DNA from: Anolis carolinensis
Lineage: Eukaryota
DNA: 64,000 nucleotides
Direction of reading: 5' to 3'
Assembly: GCF_035594765.1 (NCBI RefSeq)
Contig: NC_085845.1
Coordinates: 192,898,897 to 192,962,896 of the forward strand
Shown here: positions 49,509 through 61,373 of the stretch, piece after piece
Layout of the letters: each line of letters opens with the position of its first letter
Numbering within the stretch: the first letter of the stretch is position 1
Position numbers and translations under genes: made by a program
Notes under the pieces: model-generated
The model's database searches: none
What the model was told of the DNA's origin: nothing
The model's input: the letters and a program-made list of their open reading frames with translations, nothing else

Positions 49509-49664
49509 TACATACAGTAACCTAATAAAATGCTTTCCCTTCTATGGAAAGCTTGTTTTTTGGTAATTTGTTTTGTGGAATATTTTGAAGCCATGAGTGG
49601 TTGAATCAATGGATGATTGAATCTGTGACCCTTTATTTATTTCATGTCAAAAGCATTGCATAAT

Positions 49665-50518
49665 TGTGATGTCTCATGGGCCTTGTAGTCCCGTTCCTAG
49701 TACTATTGTGGCAGATGAGGAGGAAAACATGGGATTTCCACCGGTTCAGCCTGAATCGGAGCCCCTGCACCTGCAGGATATTTGCCCTCAAGAAGTCAGC
49801 CAAACAAGCCTTGGGCAGAATTCTCCCCCGTTTTCTCGAAGAGACAATTATAATAGAGATAGAGGAAATAGGGAGGCGAATCGCCGGAGCGCCAGAATCG
49901 CAGCCAAACAATTAGCTGATTAGGTTTGCTTCCCTTGGGAAATTCTAAGGAGTCATGCATCTGGACAAAGTTGGGTTTCTCTTCTAGTTCTCCAGGGAAA
50001 GTGTTTTTCTGGCGGGAAACGAGACCCTATTTAGGTGTTTTGCCGCGAAGGAAACCTTGCGGAGTCAACTCGTCAGCTTGAGGAGTGAGATCGTGTGTGG
50101 ACTACGCAACTCCAGTTCCTTGTTTCCAGGACCAAGTTCCAAGCCTGCCTTGTTCCCCGAACCTCGCCACGGACCTTGTTCTTGCTTCTTGTTGCCTCGT
50201 ATCAAGTCTTGTTTGCCAAGAATCTAGTTTGTTTTCCAGCCTTGTTGTCAAGCTCCAACGGACTAAAGGACCTTGTCATTTCCCCACACTTTGTTTGGCA
50301 AAGTGTGTGTTTCGGTTATTGGATTATAACTTTACACTTTAATATCACATATTGGACATTAATTTCCTGGGCTAATTTTGACCTTTCCTGAAAGGTCTAC
50401 TTCTGAACTATATTCTTCACTTGTTTTTATTGACTTTATATATTCCTTTAATAAAGATATTAGATAGAATCTGGCCTCTGCGCATGGTTATTGGTGCTCT
50501 GTAGCCTGGGTCCTGACA
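49665..50518 (+). mobile_element. Solo LTR, Gypsy-type (854 bp)
   Basis: TG...CA ends (TGTGATG / CCTGACA); 5-bp TSD ATAAT at 49660-49664 and 50519-50523; AATAAA at 50450-50455; many intact CpGs. Confidence 0.88.
49669..49923 (+). CDS. LTR-encoded 84-aa ORF with an acidic N-terminus and C-terminal RRSARIAAK motif (hypothetical)
   Basis: Uninterrupted from the LTR's 5' edge to TAG at 49921-49923; motif resembles HMGN RRSARLSAK; no evidence of expression. Confidence 0.4.
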   Translation: MSHGPCSPVPSTIVADEEENMGFPPVQPESEPLHLQDICPQEVSQTSLGQNSPPFSRRDNYNRDRGNREANRRSARIAAKQLAD

Positions 50519-51676
50519 ATAATAAATAAATTTAAAAGTGATGAAATAAAGGAAATCACAAGCAGCTAAATAGTTTTAGACCAAAAACGAGCAACAGCGA
50601 CCGCATTGTCCGTAGCTTTAAACAACTCCTCCTCCGTACATGAGGCAGGGCATTGTGGGCAAGCATACTTATGCGGAGTTGTTTGTTCTGCTCCACAGTC
50701 ACACAAGGTGGAGGATTCCTCCAGGTAGTGCCACCTTGCCAAGTTGTCTTTAGATCTGCCCACTCCACTTCTGAGTCTATTTAGGGACTTCCAAGTTGCC
50801 CATTCTTGGTTTGCCCCTGAAGGAGGACCCAGGGTTTGGGTCAGGTTTGGCTGCCCAGAGAGATACTCTTGCTGTTGCTGGAGAAACATCAAGAGGAGTG
50901 GTGGCCCTTCATACCTATTGAATCCATGGGTACAGAGGGCCAACTGTACAAGCTTTAAAGTCTTGGGCTGTTTTGAAGCACACACAGTAAATAAACTTAG
51001 GACCCCATCATGTTGAGATCCTTAAGCTTGAGGACAGTAAGGGAATTCATTGGGCAGTGGGGGAAGCCATCCTTAAGTGCCTAGCATCATCCCTTTCCCC
51101 GTCACATGGAGGAAACTGTCACTGCCCGGCTTCCCCCATGCTGTCCCTGGCTTAGCTAATGAGAACATGGATAGCTGTTCTCAGGGCTCCATCCTACAAG
51201 GCTGCCAGGATGAAGCCCTGCCAGAAGTAGCCTTGTGATGGGCTCTGTCCTGGATACATCCTGGCAGCATCCTAGGCCAGAGCTCAAGCCCCATGCAATG
51301 AGGTCCTATGTCTCATTCTTCTTTCAGTTTAGTCGAAAACACAATTTCACACTATATGTGTGTGTGTGTGGCAGAGGGGAGGGGAGAGACATAAAGCACC
51401 ATAGATCTAACCTCACATGTAGGTTAAAAGGAAATTGCCCATAGCTGTGCATTTTAATCGTTTGTTGTGGCTACTTTTTCAATCCCTCACTGAAAAAACA
51501 GCTATAACTGTACTAAAAAGTAAACACATGGGATCTGAGGGCAGTATTTTGTGGGTAAATATGCATTTTGAATGTACCTTTTGATTTCAACCACCTTTCT
51601 TTTTCCCATTCCCCCCCCCCACCCCATTTCTTCCATTGCAATTGTTCCCTATTGTTTTATTGTGCTCTCTCATTTA

Positions 51677-52030
51677 CTGTATATACTCGAGTATAAGCCT
51701 AGTTTTTCAGCCCTTTTTTTAATACTGAAAAAGCCCCCCCCCTCGGCTTATACTCGGGTGAGGGTCCTAGTTGGCTTATATTTGGGTCAACTTATACTCG
51801 AGAATATATGGTACATTTATTCTTTTTTTCTATTATTATTGGTATTATTACATTTATTATTTTTCTCTATTATTGTTTCTACTATTACATTTATTTTACT
51901 CTATTATTATTATTATTAATAATAATAATAATAATACATTTATTATTTCACTCTGATCTTATTATTATTATTATTATTATTGCATTTATTATTTTACTCT
52001 ATTTATTATTACATGTATTATTTTCCTGTA

Positions 52031-52080
<50 letters not shown>

Positions 52081-52365
52081 ATGTATTATTTTACTCTATT
52101 ATTATTAAAAGGATACATAAGCACATTTACATTGAAGAAGATGAGAATAATGATTTAATCAGAGTTGGACAGTCTTATCTTAAATTTGAGCTTTATGTGA
52201 ATATTCAAAAACATTTAACCTACTGATGCCCCAATTAATGTAATTTTATTGGTATCTATTTTTATTTCTGAAATTTACCACTCTCGGCTTATACTGGAGT
52301 CAATGTTTTCCCAGGTTTTTTTGTGGTTAAAATAGGTGCCTCGGCTTATACTCGAGTATATACAG
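51677..52365. mobile_element. pogo/Tc2-like MITE with internal (TAT)n expansions
   Basis: TIRs CTGTATATACTCGAGTATAAGCC / GGCTTATACTCGAGTATATACAG; TA TSD. Confidence 0.9.
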
Positions 52366-53249
52366 TAAGTCTGCAAAACTTTCAAACTCCATCTGTGTGT
52401 GTGTGTTTGTGTGTTTGCGCCTGTGTGTGTGTGAGAGAAAAGCAGCAGCTTCAGACAGAAAATCTGTTCTAGCTACCAAAGCCTTGGGAGAGAGAAACTG
52501 GAGTATGGAGGGTGCAAACATTGACCCTCAGAGGTATCTAGGAGAAATACTTGGTGTGTTGACATACTGAGATGAAGCTGTCACGGTGGCAGTGTGGAAC
52601 CCCTTCTGAACTGACAGTATTTACCTTCCTGGCAGTTTTGCTTGAGAGAGAGAGAGAGAGCGAGAGAAAGAAAAAAAGAGTCCAGTGTCAAGGGAGTGAA
52701 TCTACTACTTTTAGCTTGGGCCTGGTGCACTTAAAACAAATGGGTTATTTCAAAGATAGATATTGAAATGGTTGCGTCTGTCATAAAAGACAACAAGTTC
52801 TTCTCTGTTTCCAGAATGTTTTCTCATGGGGGTCTGAGCTGTGGTCACATGGCACATCATGTCCAGCTGCTATATTTGAAAGCAGTTGACAATTTTCTCC
52901 TGTCTCTGACGTATTTACAAATTTGAAAAACCATTAGGAGAGTCTTCCTCAATATCTGTGGGTAAAAAATGAGGAATGCCCCAGTCTACAAAAGTAAAAT
53001 TAAGGTTAATCTGGATAATTTAGCACTAGTTTTATGAGCTTGATCTTCTCTGAATTATCCGTCTTTTCTCCCCTTATCCTCAGATTTTTAGCCTATAGTG
53101 AAAGATTTTCAACAAGGTTATCAAAAGCCTTTTATCAAGATTGGAAGAATGGGCATAAATATATTGGACTCAAAGTGATCACATCATATTGCTAAACCCA
53201 ATATGGTTATCTCCTGTGCAACTGTTTTTATTGAATTTTCTTGAATATA

Positions 53250-53583
53250 CAGTAGAGTCTCACTTATCCAATATAAATTGGCTGGCAGAATGTTGGATAA
53301 GCAAAGATGTTGGATAATAAGGAGGGATTAAGGAATTATCAAATTATGTTATGATTTTACAAATTAAACACCAAAACATCATGTTTTACAACAAATGGAC
53401 AGAAAAAGCAGTTCAATACATGATAACATTATGTAGTAATTACTGTATTTACAAATTTAGCACCAAAACATAACAATGTATTGAAAAAAAATGACTACAA
53501 AAACATTGACTACTAAAAGGCAGACTGTGTTGGATAATACAGAATGTTGGATGAGCAAAGGTTGGATAAGCAAGACTTTACCG
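53250..53583. mobile_element. Mariner-type MITE
   Basis: Same family; diverged right TIR; TA flanks. Confidence 0.85.
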
Positions 53584-54164
53584 TAGATATTTAATTCTTG
53601 AAATTTGAATTCTTCATTCATCAGAGAAAGCTAGAGTATTATTTTAGTAAAAGACAACAAAATACAAAATTCCACCAATAGACCATTGGCCAACCAAAAT
53701 ATAGAAAATACATCATGCTAGCTTTCAAAGCTTCACTCACTTTTTCATGAGGGAGAAGAAACAGTGATGAATTCAAAAGTAGATATTTTACTTTGTTGTG
53801 TTAAGAGTCCCAAAGAGAAGAGTGCATAGTCATCTTAATTCCCATGACCAGGCAAGAAAAAGTTACATGTGTGTAAAATAGATCAATAAATGTGGAATTT
53901 AGCAGAAAGGTGTGGGTTAGAAGGCATGGTTTTCCAGATTGGTGATTCCCAACTGTAATCCTAGCAAATACTAATATTGATGCAGTATAATATTTACCCC
54001 CCTTGTTTCTTGATGCCATTCCAGTGTATTAATTTACGCCACTGGTATAAAAACAGTGGAAACTTAGTTTGCAATCCTGGTGTAAAATGTCCTTACACAC
54101 AAGCAATCTGGCTTTCTTAGAATTTGTGGAAATGAGATCTGGTTTCATTTAAGAAAGTTATAGA

Positions 54165-54605
54165 TAAGGTGTACCAGGTTTGGAAAAGGGCAACAAGGGT
54201 AGTACAAGATATGGAGAACAATCCATATTAGGAAAGATTGAAGGAGCCGGGTGTGTTCAGCACGGTGAAGAGAAAACTGAGTGACATGATAGCATTCTTT
54301 ACATTCCTCAAAGGCTGTCAAGGAGAGAAGGATGCAGGCTTGTTCTCTGCTGCCATAGAGAATAACACCAGGTGTAATGGTTTGACGTTATAGGAGGGAA
54401 GATTTCAATTGTTCATTAGAAAGAGTCAGTGAGAGGGGTTTGGCAATGGAAGCAAATATCTAGAGAGGAAGTCTCATTCTCTGTCTTCGAAACGATGCTG
54501 GATGACTACCTGCCGAGAGTGCTCTAGCTGGAGATTATGCATTGAGCAAATGTTGGACTTGATGTTCATGGGGTCCCTTCCAACTCTATGATTCTATGAT
54601 AGTGT
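54165..54605 (+). mobile_element. Older CR1 3' fragment
   Basis: Collinear with 38140-38604; CCTTCCAACTCTATGATTCTATGAT tail. Confidence 0.85.
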
Positions 54606-55074
54606 GATTCCAAACTGGAAAAATTGGAGGACACCCCTCTTCTTTTTATATCAATAAGGCATTTGGGTGATTTTTTTTTTTTAAACTGGATTTTCTGTAA
54701 CCACACCAAAGAAATTATTCTTATAATTTCTAAATATTGAGAAATGCATTTTGTGGAACATCTAGGACAGCAATCTGAATTTAGGGAAGTTCTAGGTGCA
54801 TGTTAATAGAATCTGCATTACAATTTTCCAGACATACTTTATTGTAAAATCTCAAAATGGTGTCAAACCTATGTCTTGCGTTTGCATTTATAATGTGTTA
54901 TAGTTTCAAATGCAGTTATAAGATATTCATAATGATGCATTTGCATTGAAATGTGTTTCTCTGAAATCATTAAAATATTATTAAAATAAATATGGTTTCT
55001 TATAAAGAATCCCAGATGTTGTGGACTTCAACTCCTGGATATCCTAGGCAGCATAGGAAAAATTGATTTTAAAA

Positions 55075-55262
55075 ATTTGTGATTGTTTTTAGTAGAATTG
55101 TTTGTTTTTGTTTTATGTTGATGTTTACTTTGTTTACTATGTCTAACCTCATTGTATGGTGTCTTTTTGACAACTGAATGTTTTTTGTTTATGTTGGAAA
55201 CCGCCCTGAGTCCTCTCGAGGAGATGAAGCGATATATAAATAAAGTTTTATTATTATATTAT
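55075..55262 (+). mobile_element. L2-type 3' end
   Basis: AACCGCCCTGAGTCC..GATGAAGCGATATATAAATAAAG followed by (TAT)n. Confidence 0.6.
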
Positions 55263-55396
55263 TAAAACTGAATATCAAAGCATCTGAATATCAAAGATTG
55301 CCCAACATTTGAGGTTCTGGGATTTCCAGAAATTCAACTCCTTTACAGGAAAGGAGTTTTTTTTTCTCTTAGGCTGGAGTTTTTTTTTCTCTCTTA

Positions 55397-55545
55397 GGCT
55401 GGATTTACACTACCCTATATCCCAGGATCTGATCCTAGATTATCTGCTTTGAACAGGATAATATGAGTCTACATTGCCAGATAATCTGGGATAAGCAGAT
55501 AATCTGAGATCAGATCCTGGGATATAGAGCAGTGTAGATCCAGCC
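55397..55545. mobile_element. PIF/Harbinger MITE
   Basis: TIRs GGCTGGATTTACACT / AGTGTAGATCCAGCC, long palindrome, TTA TSD. Confidence 0.88.
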
Positions 55546-55997
55546 TTAGAATAAAAAGGCCATGAGAAGGTTGGACTAGATAGGTTTTTAGTCTGACCAT
55601 GCATGATTTGTGTTCTTGGAGTTTCTAAAGAGATTGTTAAGGCTTCCTAAGTGATGATAAGAGAGCCAGTATGGCATAGTGATTTAAGTGTTGTACTGGA
55701 AGACTAGGGGTCAAATACCTGTTCAGCCATGGGAAACCAGTGGGTGGCCTTGAGCAAATCTTTCACAGTCTGAGGAAAGCAATAGGAAATCTTCTCTAAA
55801 TAAATCTCCCCCCTAGCACCCCCACATTGATTGTGTTGTCATATGTTGGAGTCAGCTTGTAGACACAGAACAACAATATTGTAGGCACATAAAAATAACG
55901 ATGAACAAATTTTCCCCACATTTGACTTGTTCACCATTTTGAAATTCTGCTTTAATTGTCACCATATGAAAGTCTTGTACTTTCTGTTCATACATAG

Positions 55998-56130
55998 CAG
56001 TGGTTCTCAACCTGGTGCCTTTAGATGTTTTTGGCCTTCGACTCCCAGAAATCCTAACAGCTGGAAAACTGGCTGGGATTTCTTGGAGTTGTATGCCAAA
56101 AACATCTGGGGACCAAGTTGAGAACCACAG
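55998..56130. mobile_element. Palindromic hAT MITE
   Basis: Same family as 25004-25138. Confidence 0.85.
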
Positions 56131-57044
56131 ATCTATAGCAATGGAGATGTCCAATAGTTTGGATGAATACCTAAGTACATTTTTTATGTTGAAATATTCC
56201 CAGGAACTTCAGTATGTAGAGATAGAAAGTGGAAATGACTCTTTGAAAGTAGAAAGTTTAAAAGTTGGTGATTTAAAACTGATGTCTCCCTTCAATGAAT
56301 AAGAAACATTTGGAAAGATTGTACATGCATGACACTGGTTTTAAAAAGATTGCACTGACTACCAATATGCTTTAGATCTAAATTCAAGGTAGTAATTCAC
56401 AAAATCCTCAATGGCATGTCACCTCAGTACTTAAAGGAGTACCTCTTCTTGGCTATGCTTGCCAAAGTTTGAGGACCATTGAAGGGGTTGTATTTTATAC
56501 CCTATCAGTTGGATATGTGCCTTTCAACTGTCTGTTAATGTATGGCGACCACATAGATTTCATAGTGTTTTCTTACACAAGGAATATTTAAAGGTAGTGT
56601 GCCATTTCTGAAATATAGGTTGTTACTCCTTGGCAGCTTCTTATTCAAGTATTAATCATGTCTTGTCCTACTTAATTTCCAAAATTAAAGCAGGATCTGA
56701 TACATTCAAAGCAGGATCTGATATATCCTCTCCATTAGGGCAATACATTGTGGTGGAGGTGGAAGCAAACCCTTTTCTGCTTGGGCATTATAGTTTGGAA
56801 TACCCTTCCCTTAAAATCCCAGTGAGTAAAAACATAGTTGTTTACTAAAATTTTGGGGGCATGATTTGTCTTCTCCAAATTTGCACATGTGAGCATTTTT
56901 AAATGGTTTTTATTGCTTTTAATCTGTCCTAAGAAATGGAAGGTCAATGTGGTAGAGTGGTTTGAGCACTGGACTTTGACTCTGGAGATGGAAGATCAAA
57001 TCTCCACTTTATCATGGAAACCCACTGAGTTTTGTGTGTGTGTG

Positions 57045-57300
57045 TGTGTCAGGAGCAACCGGAGTTGCTTCTGGAGTGAGAGAATTGGCCGTCTGCAAGG
57101 ACATTGCCCTGGGGACGCCTGGATGTTTTGATGTTTTACCATCCTTATGGGAGGCTTCTCTCATGTCCCCGCATGGAGCTGGAGCTGATAGAGGGAGCTT
57201 GTCCGCGCTCTCCCCGGGTGGGATTCGAACCTGGCAGCCTTCAGGTCAGCAACCCAACCTTCAAGTCACGAGGCTTTTATCCCCTAGGCCACCAGAGGCT
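57045..57300 (-). mobile_element. tRNA-head SINE (TGACAC family) inside an older MIR-like SINE (56943-57030 and 57301-57452)
   Basis: Near-identical to 15379-15651; CTGAGT duplicated on both flanks. Confidence 0.85.
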
Positions 57301-58959
57301 GGCCTGAGTGACCTTAGGCAAGTCATGCTCATTCAGCCTCAGAAAAGGGCAGTGGCAAACTCCCTTTGAACAAGTCTTGCTGAGAAAAACCCATGATATG
57401 CTTGCCTTAGGATCCATAGAAAGTGGAAACAACTTCAAGGCACACAACAACAAGTACTAAATGGTTTGACATGTTTTTAGTCTTTAAGTTATTCTTATTG
57501 TTTTAAATTGTTTCAACTGTTCAAGTTGATTTTATTGCATTAATTGTTATATAAACTGCTGTTGAAAACAGAGTTCAAAATAGTGTCTAAAGCAGGATGT
57601 CCTGACCTGTATTGCTCCGTTTCACTCTGACATTCTGGAATCTTAATATCTGATCAGAATTGAACTATATTAAAGTCACAGTCCTCAAGCAATGACTGAA
57701 CAAAAATGTGTCATTCTGCTCATCCCTATTTGTTAGAAGATTAAAACTAGGATGGATTGTAGAATAGGTGCCAGATTTTTTTAAAGAGAGGATTAAAGAA
57801 TGATATGAAAACCACATTATTTTGGTAGAATTTCCCTTTAAAGCAAACAGCAAATTTCTGAACCTGGAGAAAGTGTAGGCTGGAGAAAGAAGGAAAATAA
57901 GAAAGGAAAAGAAATTACAAAAAACAGAGAAAGCAAAGTAGGACGCTTATTTATTATTCTATTTATATCTTATCTTTCTATCAAAAAATGAAACTCAATG
58001 TGACCAGAATCCTACTGAGACATCGTTCTAGCCTCATTAAAACATTTTGCAGTTCTGAAAACTCCTTTGACTGATCCTTGAAGTAGCTATTGCCCAAGCT
58101 GGACAATTCAGCTTCAAATTTCAAGTTTGGGCAAAATTTGGTAGCCTTCAAATATTCACAAGCCCCTTGAGAAATATTGCTCATCAAATAAAAACTCTTC
58201 TTCCCTTCCTCATAATTGATGGGGAGTTTTCCAGAGTGGGAATCTCCAAATTCAGCTTGAAATTTCCCTGTAGGCATCTCATGAAGGTTATTCTTAATTC
58301 CATGCAGTGCTTTCAGAATGGTCTCCTCGCATTTTGCTATCTTGAGCTTCCAAACTATCATCCATCAGCCACTATTCTTGTCATCAATCCATGAAAAGGC
58401 CTTGTTGCCCTTTCCCATATAGATGTGCTGTCTCCCAGTGTGCTGACACAATGAGATGTCTCAAGCAATTTGTCGGTGAGCAACTGATTACACAGACCCA
58501 TCACTTACAAACTGATAATTTCAATGTTTGGTTTTCACAAATAATGTGATGTTTTGTGTCTGGTCTTTTTGGTTTATGCCCTGTATTTATGCAATGTTTG
58601 AGCCATTTGCATTTTAGTTTTGACCTCTAGCCAGCATATTTTTTCTCAGAATACAATTATGCAATAATGTTGGGATGGTTCGTGCTAAACTGAATGGATC
58701 TAATATTTATCCCGATGGCTCTTTTAAAAGAAGAAAACTCACTTCTGAGACAGATGATGCAGAGGGTAACATTCTTGGGGGTAATTGGCACTGCAAATTA
58801 TCATCTTCTTTCTGTGGCAGTAAATCAACAAGATAAGGGAAGATAATATATGGCGTCAGAGATGAAATGCTCATCATCATGAGTTTTAAAGGCCCAAAAC
58901 ACTACACTTTGGGGAGGGGGGGAGAACTTTCAAGTCTGATGGTAGCCTTTAATCTACTA

Positions 58960-59290
58960 AAATGAATATCTTTTATTCAAAATGCTTGGGACCAGAAGAG
59001 TTTTGGATTTCATTTTCCACCTAGATTTTGGAATACCTGTGCATGTGTACGCATACATAATGGGATATCTTGGAGATGTGACTCAAGTCTAACCATCAAA
59101 TTCATCTGTGTTTCATATGCACTTTATGCACTTAGCCTAAAGATAATTTCATACTATATTTTTCAATAATTTTGGGTGTTAACATTGTACATTGAACAAT
59201 TAGAAAGCAAAGGTGCCAGTATCCGAGCCATCCATGTGGACAGTGTTGGAGTTTGTAGTATTTTGGATTTCAGAATTCCAGGTAATATCA
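58960..59290. mobile_element. Tigger-like MITE (resembles mammalian MER46-type elements)
   Basis: AATGCTTGGGACCAGAAG..CATAATGGGATATCTTGGAGATG..CAAGTCTAA; inverted homologue at 34070-34720. Confidence 0.6.
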
Positions 59291-59559
59291 TTGGAGTGAT
59301 GGGTCCAACCTTGGATGCAATTTTGTCCAGGCAGGAAAGGCTCATTCCAGCCCTCTGTTTTAAATAAAGGGCTCATTGTGTGAATATTTCATATGTGAAC
59401 AAATACTATCCAGTATGTTTCAGTGCTCACAAGATCTGTGTCTTTAAGCACTTGCCTAGTAGACACAGGTGATGAAGGTTTGCATGCAGGCTCATGAGTA
59501 GGATGGAGGAAATGGGGGAGAGATCAATTTGCCCCTTCTTAGCACTCAGCATAGAAAAC

Positions 59560-59890
59560 AACTTAGCTGCATGTAATCAACTGCTGGGCAAATGATGGTT
59601 AAAGATAGGTGAGAAGAAAAGAGCGCTGATCAATTGGCCACCTTTACCCTCACTTACATGTTCACTCTTTCCTCTTGATAAAGAGCTTGAACAGATACAT
59701 CAGGAACAGCACTTGCTCTCTGGGTAAATCAATACGTGAAGCCTTGGCTATTTGCGGGTACATGTAATCATCCATTTTTAATAAGAATCCTGTGATTAGC
59801 AACCTGCAACAAGAGCTTCATTTATGCTGTTGCAACTATTAGTGGCTCTGTAAACGCGCCAGGCTTGCATTAAATTGTCATCTAGAGTTA
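59560..59890. promoter_or_regulatory. Candidate conserved non-coding element
   Basis: Repeat-free; GTAAATCAATA (PBX-HOX/ONECUT-type), TAAT sites, RFX-like GCAAC sites, retained CpGs. Confidence 0.3.
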
Positions 59891-60476
59891 CAGGGTGAAC
59901 TGTGTGCCGTGCCTTGCCTTGTGGTGTGGAGAAAATTCACCTTGAAGTATTAGATGTCTCAAGCATGTGGAACATGTCCTACACTTGTAAGGAAGAGTGT
60001 TCACAGCACTTATGCGCAAGCAAGTGGAATTTAATCTCCTCTTCTCCTGCCTGCCCTGCCACATCCCTTTCATTCAATATCTTACTAATTTGCTTCTCTA
60101 TTCTCCTGCAGTGTCTGTGAGAGGCTGCTACTTGGAGAAACAGGTGATGTACTTAAAGGCATGGCTGTGTGCCCTGAGCAAATGTAGATGGGTTGCATTT
60201 AACCTTCTTGAATCATAGTGTCAATTAATCTCATACTGTAAGGTGATGGGAACCTTGAACCAAAGACTCCAGCACTGGAGGGCTTGAAGCCATTGCAACT
60301 CATGCAGTTTGTAGACTCTGGGAGACCTGCAGAGGTGACCATATTGGCACGACAGTGCCACCACCAAATTAAGCCAGGTAGATTATTGCAGTTTTCAGCC
60401 TAGCAGAAACTCGGTGACTTAAGTTCTAGGAAAGGTTTATCTAGACCAGTAGTTCCTAAACTCTGATCATCTAGAT

Positions 60477-60601
60477 CAGTGGTTCTCAACCTGTGGGTCT
60501 CCAGATGTTTTGGCTTCCAACTCCCAGAAATCCTAACAGCTGGTAAATTTCTGGGAGTTGTAGGCCAAAACACCTGGGGACCCACAAATTGAGAACCACT
60601 G
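60477..60601. mobile_element. Palindromic hAT MITE inside an older hAT-like MITE
   Basis: Same family; NTCTAGAN flanks ATCTAGAT / CTCTAGAG. Confidence 0.85.
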
Positions 60602-61131
60602 CTCTAGAGGGAATTCAGTTCCCAGAATTCCATAACTGTTGATGAAACTTCTGCAAGTTGGAGTTCAGAACATCTACAGGACCAAAGTCTGGGAACCTAC
60701 AGATCTGGACTTATAAATGTCAATAGTACAAGGCTCAGACCACACATGTTATGAATCTGCATCTGACATTTTTCCCTCCTCCTTTTGAAATGAAAACCAA
60801 GATTGTGATCAAAACCAAAGTAAGAAGCAAGGGGAACTTGACATTTTTCCTGCCAATAACTTTTCTAGCCCAGATAATCCACCACTCCTAACATTCAGAG
60901 GCAAGCTAAACATTTACCCAATGCATTCTTGGAACTTCCTTTTTGATCTCTTGATAGTGGAAGATCAAATTGAAAAACTCAAAGAGCATTATTAATTTTT
61001 TAAAAAGTATATTTATTTGCATGTACACAGGTATCTGGGGGAAATAGAACTGATTGCTTCCCATTACCAATATCTATGTTTCTGATGGTAAGATGTTTTC
61101 CAAGTTATCACACTACATTTTTATCATGTTA

Positions 61132-61373
61132 CTAGCTTTGCCCGGCCACGCGTTGCTGTGGTTTATGGGAATCCTTTGTTGGCCAGGTAGAATAGCAGTG
61201 AATAGCCTTGCAGTCTCAAAGCCTGGCCGTTTTCTGGAGTAGCTGGAGCTTTTTGTTGTATGAACGTAGAGGCATGGATGAGGGGTTGTGCTGCCAAGTT
61301 TAGTGTTTCTGGGATGTGTAGTTTTGTTGTTTTGTCCTAGGCCGAAATTTCATTACCCTTTTATATATATAGA
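61132..61373 (-). mobile_element. Non-autonomous Helitron
   Basis: Minus strand begins TC(TATATATATAAAA), ends with a short GC hairpin and CTAG, inserted between A and T, no TSD. Confidence 0.8.

Larger units (their letters stand above)
49631..50835 (-). mobile_element. 5'-truncated Vingi-like non-LTR retrotransposon, interrupted by a solo LTR
   Basis: WATWKSLNRLRSGVGRSKDNLARW..CDCG..TTPH..CP..CT..ATDNAVAVARFW C-terminal CCHC domain; 3' end TTTGACATGAAATAAATAA at 49631-49650. Confidence 0.75.

Noticed and set aside
57981-58361. 126-aa minus-strand ORF
   Set aside because: No recognisable domain or splice context, and an in-frame stop lies just upstream; compatible with chance
59658-59719. 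62-nt minus-strand exon (RASAVPDVSVQALYQEERVN)
   Set aside because: Good donor but weak acceptor and no recognised homology; cannot be told apart from chance within a CNE-like block
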